Below are positions 16,777-26,665 of a DNA stretch of 40,747 bases, piece by piece; positions within the stretch are counted from its first letter, which is position 1, and every line of letters begins with the position of its first letter. The DNA lies in IMG/VR virus record IMGVR_UViG_3300037457_000083, positions 1-40,747 of that record; one strand, written 5' to 3'. The notes under the pieces were generated by a model. That model did no database searches. It was not told where the DNA came from and saw only the letters and a list, made by a program, of their open reading frames with translations. This stretch comes from a virus (lineage: Duplodnaviria; Caudoviricetes). The position numbers and the translations under genes were made by a program.

Positions 16777-18500
16777 TCGGCCGGGTGTATTCGTGGCGTG
16801 GCGCCCGGTGGCGGGTGGTCTGTCGCGGCGTCCCGTTCGACAGGGGGCCGCGGCGGAACGTGCTGGTCGAGCGTCACAACGCGCGGTGTTCGGTCGGGGG
16901 GCAGGCGTCGTGAGCCGTTTCGAGACGAAGGACTGCCGGTGGCATGTGCGCGACTCCGCGAGCGCCCTGTTGCCCCCCGTGACGGTGGGGATCGTCACGG
17001 AGCGGGGGAACGTGATGCTGCACGACCACTTCACGGCGGGTGAGGCGCGGGAGCTTGCGCTTGGGTTGCTCGCGGCGGCGGAGCGGGCTGAGTCTGGGGG
17101 TGGCTCGTGAGCGGCCGGGGGGTCATCTCGGATGTACGGGCGCGAGAGATCGCGCGGCGGTTGGGTGCCGCCGGCATCGGCCGGCCGAACTGCACGAACG
17201 ACGAGATCCTTGCGCTCGGTGCTGACGGGTCTATCGGCGCGAGGCTGTACAAGGCCGCGAAGTTCGGCCTGCCGCCCGAGCGTATCCACGACTGGGTCTC
17301 GCGCGGCTTGCGCGATCTGCTTGCCTATGTCGCCCATCATGGTGTTCGGGGGCCGCAGGACGGATGGCCGGGAGGGGGATCGTGAGCGAGATCCGCATAT
17401 CGCTGACGAAGGCTGAGGCGGTCGCTCTCGGCTATATGCATGCGGAGTTCCGCCGCAAGGATTTCGACCGGCCGGAGTTCGCTGGCCCGTCGCTCGACTG
17501 GCCGAGCGGCTGCATCAAGTCGCAGGCCCGGTTGTCGGGTGAGGCGAAGGTGTTGGGGGCCATCGCGGATGCCTTCCGCGAGGTCGAGCGGTCTGCTGGT
17601 GAGAGCGAGGACTGGGCGTGAGCGACCGTCCTCTTGAGGCCCGTGTGGCTGACGCCCGACGGTACGGAGAGCGGGCTGGGTTCAGTGACGAGATCATCGA
17701 GCGGGCGCTGAATGGCTACGGGTGGGATGGCCCTTCGGTCATCAGGGCGATAGCGGCGGGTGCGGTGGTCCCTGTAGAGGACGGAGAGGGGAGCTGACGT
17801 GCGCTACGTCGTCGTATTCGGAGTGGGGTTCCTTGCCGGGCTGTTGGCATGGGACCGGTTGCTGTACGAGCCGGCGGGGTCCTATGGGTGGACGACGATC
17901 CGGGAGGGCGGTGAGGCCGATGGTTGAGAAGGACGTGAGACGGTGGGAGCTTCTGTCGGTCTATGGCCCGACGGACGGTGAGGCGACGGTGGTCGGGCCG
18001 ACCGTGTTGCCGCCGGAGCCGGTCGAGGTCTTCTCGGGATCCGATCTCCATGACCGTCTAGACGAGCTGGAGGCGGAGATCGGTGGGGGGCTCTCGTCGA
18101 CCCCGGTTGGGGCGGTGGGCGCCGCGTTCGCCACGATCAGCCGGGTCCGTGCCCTTCTTCCCGAGAGGAGCGACCGATGAAGTTCGCGGGTGTCTTGAAC
18201 CTGGGCGTCCTAGACGAGCGGCTGCCGAAGCCCGAGGCGACTGCGTTCATGCACGGCAAGTGGGCCGGCACCGTGTGGGGGCTGCTGACCCACTTCCCTG
18301 AGAGCGAGGTGCGAGAGAACGTGAATCCCGACTGGATGAACGACGTGCTCTCCGAGGTTGTGCTGCGGATGGGCGAGGCGACGAACCGCGAGGTGCGTAC
18401 CGAGCCGTCTGTCGTTTTCAAGGACTGGCTCGACGTGGTGTATGAGCCGTGCGATCCGGTGCCCGAGTGGCTTGAGGCCAGGGCCGGGAGGTTCCGGTGA
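16773..18500 (+). other. run of translationally coupled small hypothetical genes (approx. 16773-16913, 16910-17110, 17107-17385, 17382-17621, 17618-17797, 17799-17927, 17920-18180, 18177-18500)
   Basis: Consecutive GTGA/ATGA overlaps and GGAG-type RBSs; no recognisable function. Confidence 0.55.
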
Positions 18501-18503
18501 TTT

Positions 18504-18573
18504 GGAGCGGCGCCGTTGGCGGCTCGGCCTGGTTGCTAACCGGGCTGCGTGGGTTCGAGCCCCACCCGCTCCG
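18504..18573 (+). tRNA. atypical tRNA with anticodon GCT (Ser-type), short variable loop, no encoded CCA
   Basis: Acceptor GGAGCGG/CCGCTCC, anticodon arm CCTGG-TTGCTAA-CCGGG, T arm GTGGG-TTCGAGC-CCCAC, discriminator G. Confidence 0.8.
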
Positions 18574-18599
18574 CCTTTTTCCCGAGAGGGGCGAGCGGG

Positions 18600-20090
18600 A
18601 TGGCTGAGGGCCTGCTGTTCGTCGCGCTGTTCGTCGTGCTGGCCGCAAAGGGGATTGTGCTCGCGGGGCTCGTGCGGGCGGCGGTTGCGTACCACTTCGA
18701 CGAGAGGGGGCGGGATGGCTGAGCCGAGACGGTGGAGGCTGGACGGCGTTCTGCGCCGCGGGTACGGCCACGCGAGTACCGAGGAGCTTCTGGTCGATGG
18801 CCCGATGGTCTACGAGCCGACTCCGGTGGTCGCTGTCGAGGACGTGCGGGCGGCGATAGGGCAGATGCGCGCGGTCGCTAATGCGGCCGGCAACGCTTCT
18901 CGTGTGCGGATGCTCGACGAGCTGGCCGTTCGGCTGGGTTTACGTGACGAGGACGGGAGCGGACGGTGAACGAGATGCAGCGGCTCTACGAGCTGACCGT
19001 CCGGGGCTTCCACCCCTACGCACCAGCGCCTCCGCCGTCAATCCCTTGGTGGGCGCTCCACTTTCCGATCCGGGGCGACACGAAGCCGCCTGTCTGCCCT
19101 ACGTGCGGGTGTCGTCGTGACTGATATACACAGTGGCGCTGGCGGGGTCGGTCTCGGTGACGGTCTTCCGCAAAAGTCCAGTCAGTCTGGTCGGTGTCCC
19201 CGCCAGCACCCTCGCCGGAGTTTCGACGTGTCTGGGCGGCTAGACGAGATGGTCAAGCGGGCGGCGCGAGAGTTGCGGGGGCTGTATCCGCCGGAGGGTT
19301 CGTCGCGGCCGGTGCCTAGGCTCGCGGCGGAGCGCATGTTGGAGGCTGCGGGGGTGCCTGCCCTGTTGGCCGAGCGGAACCGGTTTCGCGAGGCGCTGCA
19401 AGCCGTCCATGACGTGACGGTCGACGAGCCCGATGCGGTGGAGGCGGCGACGACGGCGAGCCATATCGCCGCGGATGCCCTTGCACAGCACACGACAACG
19501 GAAGGGAGCAACGATGGCGAGTAGGGCGGCGACGAGTGAGACGGGGCTGGACCTCTTGAACGGGGATCGGCTGCACATGGCGATCTTCCGGCGGATGGAA
19601 GCGATGCTGGAGCACCCCGACGAGCACGGCATCTATCCGACATCGGAGTTCATGGCGGGGCTCAAGGGGGACGTTCACGAGTGGGCGCGTGACCTGGCCT
19701 ACCAGGCGGCAGGCGCCGGGATCGGGGTGGCGATGCGGGACAAACCCGGCTACGTGATGCCGACCGAGCGGGTCGCTGAGGCCACCGACGGCATCTTGGA
19801 GAGCTTCGGGGTGACCACTGATGAGTGAGGGTCGGTCTAGCCCTACCCCGCCCCGAGAGACGGGGGAGCGCAAGGGCCGGCTTTTCTTCGGCCGGCGCGT
19901 GCTCGTGACCACAGCGATGCAGGGCGGCAACGCGCCGCTCATTGACCGCTGCACCACGACGACGGCCGAGGGAGAGCGCTTCCGCGGCTGGTGCATCGTG
20001 CGGCCGTTCCTGCGCGACCGCTATGGGCAGCGTCCGCCGCAGACGGGGCTCGTGATCGGTCAGAGGGAGGTTTCCCGTGGAGACGAGTGA
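18600..20090 (+). other. run of small hypothetical genes (approx. 18600-18722 membrane peptide, 18715-18969, 19117-19524, 19514-19828, 19821-20090)
   Basis: Coupled starts/stops and RBSs; no recognisable function. Confidence 0.5.
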
Positions 20091-20239
20091 CCGTCAGCGC
20101 GAGATCGAGCGGCTAACGAGAAGGGTGCTGCGACCGCCGCAGCAGTGCTGGCTATGTCGCGGTACGGGCGAGCTGCGCGGGTCTTCGCTCGATGGCCCGC
20201 GGCCGTGCGGCAACTGTGATGGGAAGGGGCGGATTGATC

Positions 20240-21499
20240 GTGGCTGACCGTCAGGACTCCTACGAGGGGCTGAGGCGTGGGCTTGCCCGTGCGCGGGTCG
20301 GTGAGCGCGAGCCCCTCGCCGATCTGTTGCGCGCGGCTGAGGTTGCGCTTACCGAGCTTACGGCCCGCCCGACGGATGCCGGGGGGCTGAGGCTCACGCT
20401 GGCGTTCCCGCCGGAGCACACGGCACGGCTGGTCGATGATGCCCGGTGGCTGGAGGTGTCTCCGGAGAAGGCTCGCGAGCTTGCGGGCCGGGGTTGGCGG
20501 GTGGTCGAGGTGGCGGCTGTCTCTGAGCACGAGGCTGCTCTAGGGGACTTGGAGCGGGCGTGTGAGGCGCTGCGGCTCATCTCGTATGGCGAGGTGCCCG
20601 ACGTGGAGTTCGCGGACGACGACGATTTGGTGGCTGCCTATGCGCAGGAGGTGTTGGCCTCCCTCGATGCTGGGGAGCCCGGGGAGCCCAGCTTGGCGGC
20701 CCAGGCGCGCATCGCCACGGAGGAGATGTGCGGGGAGCCCGACCCGAACTCCAAATCTGTTCCAAACCCGTCCAAGGGTTTGGAGTCGGGGGGCGACCAA
20801 GAGACTGCTGGCGGCGATGGCCCTGTCGCTGCTAACCCGACCGAGGCCGAGCGCGTCGAGGGGTCTAACCAGCCTCGTCAAGCTGACGCGCCGCCGCCGG
20901 CAGATACCGAGCGTCGTGGCGACGGGCTGTTCCGCGTGTTCCGCGCCCCCGAGGGAGAGCGGCCCGAGCGGGTCGAGCACGACAACGGCTGCGAGTTCAA
21001 GCTGTGGTTCGGCTCCGAGTCATGGCCGGGTGTCGGCTGGGCCGTCCCGACCGGGATGCCGGGCGAGGTCAACCTGATCGTGCCGATCGAGGGCAAGACG
21101 CCACCGCTTTGCCAGCCGCCGTGGCCGGGCATTCGCGAGCCGCACGTCGCGGTGATAGTCCACCGTGAGGCGCTGCTCGCCGCCCTTGGCGCGCCCGTCC
21201 CTGACCGCGAGGGTTTGGACGACAAGTCTGCTGGCCGGGGAGCTGCGGCGGCCGTTCCGTCCGAGGGTTCGGGCGACGGCGGCGTTGGTGCGGGCACGGA
21301 CGCGCCCCGGCCGGCAGATGATGAGCCGTGGGCGGCGTGGGAGCGCATCACGTCGGTCCCGTTCGCGGCGGATCGGGCGGCCGAGTTGGCGGGGGATATC
21401 GGGGCGGTGGTGGTCAGGCTCGATCGGTTGCGTGGGCGGGCGGCTGTGCTGGCTTGTGATCTCCGCACAATCGAGAGGAGCACCGATGAGCAGCCGTAG
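20240..21499 (+). CDS. mosaic hypothetical protein
   Basis: Long ORF of short folded-looking segments separated by Pro/Gly/Ala linkers; shares TERRGDGLF with 21835-23643. Confidence 0.55.
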   Translation: MADRQDSYEGLRRGLARARVGEREPLADLLRAAEVALTELTARPTDAGGLRLTLAFPPEHTARLVDDARWLEVSPEKARELAGRGWRVVEVAAVSEHEAALGDLERACEALRLISYGEVPDVEFADDDDLVAAYAQEVLASLDAGEPGEPSLAAQARIATEEMCGEPDPNSKSVPNPSKGLESGGDQETAGGDGPVAANPTEAERVEGSNQPRQADAPPPADTERRGDGLFRVFRAPEGERPERVEHDNGCEFKLWFGSESWPGVGWAVPTGMPGEVNLIVPIEGKTPPLCQPPWPGIREPHVAVIVHREALLAALGAPVPDREGLDDKSAGRGAAAAVPSEGSGDGGVGAGTDAPRPADDEPWAAWERITSVPFAADRAAELAGDIGAVVVRLDRLRGRAAVLACDLRTIERSTDEQP

Positions 21500-21845
21500 A
21501 GGCGAGATCAATGGCTGGACGTGCGACTACTGCGGCCAGACGACCTACTGCGTACACGTCGATGACGGCGTGACGCCGATGTTCCTTGCCTGCCGGGCTG
21601 AGGGCGTCGAGCCCAACGAGGCGAAGTGCAAGGGCATGGGCCGATCGTTGATGTACCCGCCGGCTCCGCCGCCGCCGCATGTGCTGGCTGCGGTGCGGTG
21701 GGAGTGGTACGAGCCTGACCGCTTCGAGCGTGCCCGCCTTGACCCGATCTCGGGCGAGTTGGAGCACGTCGAGAAGGGCGGGCTGCTTCTGCGGTCGTTG
21801 ACAGATGCTGGCCGCGAGTTGATTGGAGGCACCGATGGACGGTGA
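21486..21845 (+). CDS. Zn-ribbon hypothetical protein
   Basis: NGWTCDYCG...GVTPMFLAC...C...Y. Confidence 0.6.
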   Translation: MSSRRGEINGWTCDYCGQTTYCVHVDDGVTPMFLACRAEGVEPNEAKCKGMGRSLMYPPAPPPPHVLAAVRWEWYEPDRFERARLDPISGELEHVEKGGLLLRSLTDAGRELIGGTDGR

Positions 21846-23643
21846 GCTGACGACAGACGAGCGGGCCGGGCTGGTCGAGCGGCTGCGGAGACAGGCCGAC
21901 TTGCAACTCCCTTACTCGGGCTGTGGGCCATTGCTGGACGAGGCTGCGAATGCCCTGGCTGCCCCTACCCTTTCCCGTGAGGGGCAGATCGAGCGGGTAG
22001 AGAGAGCCCTGGGTCTTAGTCTTGGCCCAGGCCGGTCGGTGGATGCCTGGGTGCTTGCCGAGGTGGCAGTGGATGCTCTGGCCGGGGTTCCGCAGACCGG
22101 CCGTGAGGGACTGGCGGCCGAGCTGAGCAAGGTGTTGCGTGATGCCGACGACTTGGATCGGGACGCGAATCCCCCGGATGGGTCGCCGTATTCGACGGTC
22201 GATGTTGAGGTGCGGCTGATCGAGCGGGCCATTGATGCTCTGGCTGGGGCTGCCCTCCCACCAGAGCAGAGGGGTGAGTTGCAAGCGATTCGCTCGGCGA
22301 CGCGCAAGCTAGACAACCTGCTGCGGCAGAACCACTACCTGCCGACTCCGATGCGGAGTCAGGCGGTCGGGTTCCTTGACGGAATTCGGACGGCGCTTGA
22401 CGCCTACAGCATCGACGCCTCCACCGGGGAGCCCGGCTGCCCGTGTGGCTCCGGCCGGATGGGCGACTGCGACGACTGCGAGACGGCCGTGGGCGGGGAG
22501 CAGGACGCCTCCACCGGGGAGCGGTCGGAGCCTCCACCGCTGGAAGGCGATCCCGGTTCGCCTTCTACCTGGCGGCCGGGGTTTGCGGGTGGCGCAACAG
22601 TTGAGGGATCCGCAAACCCTCCGCAAACTAGCGGGGAGCGGCCGGGCCTAGCAGCAGCGCTGGCCGATCTTGCTGACAAGCATCATCGGACGGTAAGGGG
22701 CTCGCGGAAGCATGACCCCGAGCGGATCGAGGACTTCCGTGACTGCCCATGCCTGACCTGCAAGGCGGCTGCTGCGGCCCTCGCCGGGGAGCGGCCGGGA
22801 CCTAACAAGGATGCTGTTGGGAGTGCGCGGCCGGGTGTTGTCGAGGGGGAGCGGGACGCCTCCCGGGACGGGAGGGTCGCCAAGGTGTGGCGCGGCGACG
22901 GTGACCGAGAGATCACGGTCGGTCCCGACGGGGCGGTCGCGATGCGGCAGGAGGGTGTGGGGGAGATAGCGATGTTGTTGCCGCTTTCGTTTCGGCGGGC
23001 GGCTGCCGAGATCTTGGATTCGGGGCGGGACGCCTCCCCGGCCGAGCCGCCCCGGCCGGTCGCTACCGAGCGTCGAGGCGATGGTCTGTTCGCCTCTTTT
23101 CCTGTCCGACAGGGCGAAGGGGAGCTGACTTCCGAGCGCATCAAGGGTGCGAGCGTCGCTTGGCATGCCCTCATAGCCGAGCGTGATCGGCTGGGGCGCG
23201 AGCTTCGTGAGGCGGTCGCCAGGGCCGAGAGAGCCGAGGGCGAGATCGAGCAGCTTCGTGGGGCTGAGGCGCGGGGCCGTGGCCAGGTGTTGGGGTGGCT
23301 GCGCAACCCGGAGGTAAGGCGAGAGGTCGCGGCGGCGCTGCGCCCGTTCATCGCCTGGCAGGGCAACCCGGGCGACGTGAACGCGTCGAACGGTGCGCAC
23401 ACGGTGCTCGCGCTGCTTGAGGACCGTCTGGGCGCCCTACCAGAGGGAAGCGACGGGCGGCAGGAGGCGATAGACGAGGTGGTGTCGGCGTGGCGCGATT
23501 CGGCCTACGTGGGCGGCCCGTCGGAGCGCGACTGTGCGCGGCTGACGACGGACAAGCTTGAGCCGTTCGCCACGCCCGATCCGCAGGGCGTCGGGCGGGC
23601 CGACGCTGCCGAGACGAAGGAAGGCGCGGATGACGTTGCCTGA
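21835..23643 (+). CDS. mosaic modular hypothetical protein (Ead/Ea22-like architecture)
   Basis: GGAGG RBS; internal repeated linkers (DASTGE, GERPG, RDAS), Cys clusters and a coiled coil. Confidence 0.55.
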   Translation: MDGELTTDERAGLVERLRRQADLQLPYSGCGPLLDEAANALAAPTLSREGQIERVERALGLSLGPGRSVDAWVLAEVAVDALAGVPQTGREGLAAELSKVLRDADDLDRDANPPDGSPYSTVDVEVRLIERAIDALAGAALPPEQRGELQAIRSATRKLDNLLRQNHYLPTPMRSQAVGFLDGIRTALDAYSIDASTGEPGCPCGSGRMGDCDDCETAVGGEQDASTGERSEPPPLEGDPGSPSTWRPGFAGGATVEGSANPPQTSGERPGLAAALADLADKHHRTVRGSRKHDPERIEDFRDCPCLTCKAAAAALAGERPGPNKDAVGSARPGVVEGERDASRDGRVAKVWRGDGDREITVGPDGAVAMRQEGVGEIAMLLPLSFRRAAAEILDSGRDASPAEPPRPVATERRGDGLFASFPVRQGEGELTSERIKGASVAWHALIAERDRLGRELREAVARAERAEGEIEQLRGAEARGRGQVLGWLRNPEVRREVAAALRPFIAWQGNPGDVNASNGAHTVLALLEDRLGALPEGSDGRQEAIDEVVSAWRDSAYVGGPSERDCARLTTDKLEPFATPDPQGVGRADAAETKEGADDVA

Positions 23644-24119
23644 GCCGCTGTCGGCTGCCGAGATGTGCGAGTACGCCGGCCACGAGTGGGGCGACGCCGG
23701 GGGCGGGCTCCGTATCTGCTTGGTCTGTGAGGCCGAGGAGTGGGCCGAGACGAAGGGGGACGACGATGGCGACGACTGAGCGGCCAGACATCGTGGCGCG
23801 CGAGTGGGAGTACTTCCCCGTGCCGGACGGCGAGTCGTTCGTCGACAAGGACGGCGACGAGGTGGTCGGCTGGCATCCTCGCCATGAGGGCCAGGACGAG
23901 CTTGCGCTGCTCGCCGAGTTCGAGGCGTTTTACGAGGATGGGCCGTTGGAGCTTCGTCCGATCCTCGTGCGGGATGCGACCGAGGTCGAGTGCCGGATCA
24001 ACGGCTGGGACGAGGGCGCCTTCGTGCGCTGCACGACGCGCGCCAAGGCCCCGCGGCCGATGTGGCAGGTCGTCGTCGGTCGGGCCGCTGCCGGGGTAGA
24101 GGGAGACGACGGGACATGA
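23630..24119 (+). other. two small hypothetical genes (23630-23779 with C..GH.W...C..C motif; 23766-24119)
   Basis: Coupled starts with RBSs. Confidence 0.55.
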
Positions 24120-24499
24120 GTGGGCTGACGGTGATCGACGTTTTGGCATCCCGGCCACGCGGCGAACTGTCGAGGCTCCGCGATGCGCTGCTGGCGAGGC
24201 AGGCGAACAGTGCGGCGCGGCTGCGGCGTATCGAGGTCGAGATGGCCCAACTGGATGAGGCGCGTCGTTTGCAGCGGGGCCATGTGCAGGGCTCCGTGAT
24301 CGCGCTGGTGCGGGAGTACGTGTTGGCTGCGGGCCGTCCGGTTAGGCCGGCCGAGGTTATGGATGCGATACGCGAGCGAGTCTACGCGTCGGATTCGGCC
24401 GTCTACAACGCCCTGTCTCGCTTGGCGGGGGCGGGGACACTAGTTCGTGGTCCACAGGGCTATTTGGGGGCGGCTACAGAGAGGAACCCCGGTGGCTAG
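24116..24499 (+). CDS. coiled-coil plus winged-helix DNA-binding protein
   Basis: GRPVRPAEVMDAI...SAVYNALSRLAGAGTLVR...GY. Confidence 0.6.
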   Translation: MSGLTVIDVLASRPRGELSRLRDALLARQANSAARLRRIEVEMAQLDEARRLQRGHVQGSVIALVREYVLAAGRPVRPAEVMDAIRERVYASDSAVYNALSRLAGAGTLVRGPQGYLGAATERNPGG

Positions 24500-24696
24500 G
24501 CGGCCCTTCCTCTCGCGATCTCCGCGACCCGTTGGTGGGAGATCGCGAACTCGGCGGCTATCTGCCGGTAGGACTTGCCTGCGTCGATCTCGGCGTGGAT
24601 CGCGGCGTTGCGCTGTTGGCGGGCTTGGATCGTGTCGCGGTCTAGTCGTGCCTTGGCCTTGCGGTAGGCGATCTCTGCTGGGTGGAGGGCGGTCAT
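24496..24696 (-). CDS. small HTH DNA-binding protein
   Basis: RNAAIHAEIDAGKSYRQIAAEFAISHQRVAEIA. Confidence 0.75.
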   Translation of the reverse strand: MTALHPAEIAYRKAKARLDRDTIQARQQRNAAIHAEIDAGKSYRQIAAEFAISHQRVAEIARGRAA

Positions 24697-24959
24697 GCGC
24701 GGGCGAGCTGGCGACGGGCGGCGGCAATGGCGTCGTCGAGCGTCTCGTGGTAGTCGCTCGCGTCGGTGGCGGTGTCGAGGTGGTAGTCGCCGTCGCTGTC
24801 GATGGTGATGGCGATGGAGTCGGTGACGCCGTGGTAGCCGCCTGCGTCGCCGAGCCTGTAGACGATCTCCTCGATGCCCTCGTTGGTCTGGCGCTGGATG
24901 AGGCGCTCAGTGCCGTGGGCGTTGCTGTTCTCGGTGAGGGTGGTGATGGTGCTGGTCAT
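24693..24959 (-). CDS. hypothetical protein of the reverse two-gene cassette
   Basis: GGGAGG RBS, ATGA overlap with the HTH gene, own TTGACA promoter. Confidence 0.7.
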   Translation of the reverse strand: MTSTITTLTENSNAHGTERLIQRQTNEGIEEIVYRLGDAGGYHGVTDSIAITIDSDGDYHLDTATDASDYHETLDDAIAAARRQLARA

Positions 24960-24986
24960 TGTGGTGCCTCCCGTGTCGCTGGTTGC

Positions 24987-25039
24987 TGTCTAGGGGTAGT
25001 AGACACCATCGGGCCGCCGCTGTCAAGGGCGCCTAGACA
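24987..25039 (-). promoter_or_regulatory. promoter with two palindromic operators TGTC(T/A)A-N7-TAGACA
   Basis: TGTCTAggggtagTAGACA 24987-25005 and TGTCAAgggcgccTAGACA 25021-25039. The second contains the minus-strand -35 TTGACA. Confidence 0.7.
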
Positions 25040-25068
25040 ATCTTTAGATTCGGCAGAGGGGAACGACG

Positions 25069-25648
25069 ATGGGCGGGACTGACCGCACCGAGACGGAGCG
25101 GTGCCGCCACTGTGGCCGCGAGACGAAGCACTATTCGGAGGTCGCCCCGAACGATCCGGCGATGGACTGTGGCGGGGATTGTTGGGGGTGTGTGGCGGCG
25201 TGCGAGCGGTGGTTGAGGAGCTTGGATTGGCGACGGCGAGGAGGAAAAGCCCGTGGCGGGTGAGGCGGTCCCCCCGATCCCCGAGTTGGCCGTGGAGCGG
25301 TTGGCGAAGGATCTCGCCGCCGAGGACATCCGGGAGTACGCGGAGCGCAGCGGCGAGTCCGTCCCTGATCCTCGCGAGGAGTGGGAGTCGGGCTCCGACT
25401 CCGACAGTGAGGCTTACCGTGATGCGTGGCGCGCGGCGGCTCGCCAGCAGTTCGTCAACACCGCCCCGGCGATCCTTGAGGGCCGGGTAGAGGCGGTAGC
25501 GCGAGCGCTGTTCGAGCAGCGCAAGGCGGGCGGCGAGCTTGGCGGGGTCATGGGCCGCATCGTTGGCGAGTGGGGCGGACTGGCGGTCGATGAGCGCGGG
25601 GAGTGGTGCGAGTTGGCCGGCCGGCTGTTGGGCATCGAGGAGGACTGA
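25069..25648 (+). other. two hypothetical genes (25069-25263 Cys-rich; 25253-25648)
   Basis: RBSs and overlap coupling; CRHC...DCWGC in the first. Confidence 0.55.
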
Positions 25649-25689
25649 CGCTACTGTCTTACGTCCCGTGTGCGGCGTACAGTCGCGGC

Positions 25690-26250
25690 ATGGGATCTAG
25701 CACCCTCTCAGCGGTGTCCTCCGGGCCGCTCGCGCCTCTGGCGGCTGAGCCTGGGCTGTTCGACCCGACGGTCCCCCCGGAGCGGCAGGAGGGCTCCTGT
25801 GTGTGGGGGGTTGACTGTTCCTCGAAGCGTGTCGCGGTCGCGGTCGACGGGGCGCCGCCACGGACGTGGGTCAAGTCGTTCACCTACTACGAGGAGACCG
25901 GCCTGCGACTCGGGGCGATCTATGCGGAGACGGTCGGGCTCGCGCGGGAGGTGGCGCGTGAGACGGGGCTGCCGGATCTGGTGGTGGTGGAGCAGCCGAC
26001 GGGGAAGACGCCGGCGCCGGTGTTGATGTACGCGACGGGTGTCGAGATCGCGGCGCTTGCGACGTTGGGGGTGTCGGTGCGGCTGATCGCTGTCATGACG
26101 TGGAAGCAGCGCGCGGTCGGGCATGGGCACGCGAAGAAGCCGCAGATCATGGAGTGGGCTCGGCGGCGGGGCTACACGGGGCGTTTGGAAGACGAGGCCG
26201 ACGCGTTGGGGATCGCTGTGGGCGGCCGGTCGCTGTTCGGCGTGGGTTGA
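25690..26250 (+). CDS. RuvC-like Holliday junction resolvase
   Basis: WGVDCSS, VVVEQP, TWK...GHGHAKKPQI and DEADALGIA. Leaderless -10 TACAGT 6 nt upstream. Confidence 0.85.
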   Translation: MGSSTLSAVSSGPLAPLAAEPGLFDPTVPPERQEGSCVWGVDCSSKRVAVAVDGAPPRTWVKSFTYYEETGLRLGAIYAETVGLAREVARETGLPDLVVVEQPTGKTPAPVLMYATGVEIAALATLGVSVRLIAVMTWKQRAVGHGHAKKPQIMEWARRRGYTGRLEDEADALGIAVGGRSLFGVG

Positions 26251-26322
26251 CGCTACCTCTGCTGTCCGCGCGCTGTCTTACAGTCGCTGCGTTCCTGAAT
26301 CTACGGCCGAAGGAGGCCCCGG

Positions 26323-26661
26323 ATGGAAGCAGCGACGATGGACCGGCCCGACGTGTTGGACGGCCAGGAGCAGACAGACGATCCGGGCGAGGCGCCCGCC
26401 GGGATGGTGGTCCAGGGGACGGGCCAGCTTTCGTTCGACGTGGGCGGCAAGTCGCCGACCGGGGCTTCGCTGTCGCTGACTGGCGGGAAGGTCGAGCTGG
26501 AGGGCCAGTTCGCGAAGGGCGAGACGGTCGTGCTCCGTGTGGAGGCGGTCGTGCACGACGTGGGGTTCAAGGACACCGTTGATTCGAAGACGGGCCAGGT
26601 GGTGGGGTGCGAGCGGCGGCAGAAGGCGCGGATCGTGTCCGTCACGAGGGTCGAGGAGTAG
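26323..26661 (+). CDS. hypothetical protein
   Basis: Strong AAGGAGG RBS and good coding bias. Confidence 0.7.
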   Translation: MEAATMDRPDVLDGQEQTDDPGEAPAGMVVQGTGQLSFDVGGKSPTGASLSLTGGKVELEGQFAKGETVVLRVEAVVHDVGFKDTVDSKTGQVVGCERRQKARIVSVTRVEE

Positions 26662-26665
26662 TCCG

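Noticed and set aside
1096-24499. Convergent genes meeting at CTAG (1096-1103, 7713-7724, 24496-24499) as possible insertion target sites
   Set aside because: Explained by TAG stop codons on both strands; no target-site duplication at the other ends of the cassettes.
25690-26250. RuvC fold as TnpB/IscB/Cas12-like RNA-guided nuclease
   Set aside because: Only ~186 aa with classical resolvase motifs; no Zn ribbon, bridge helix or transposon ends.
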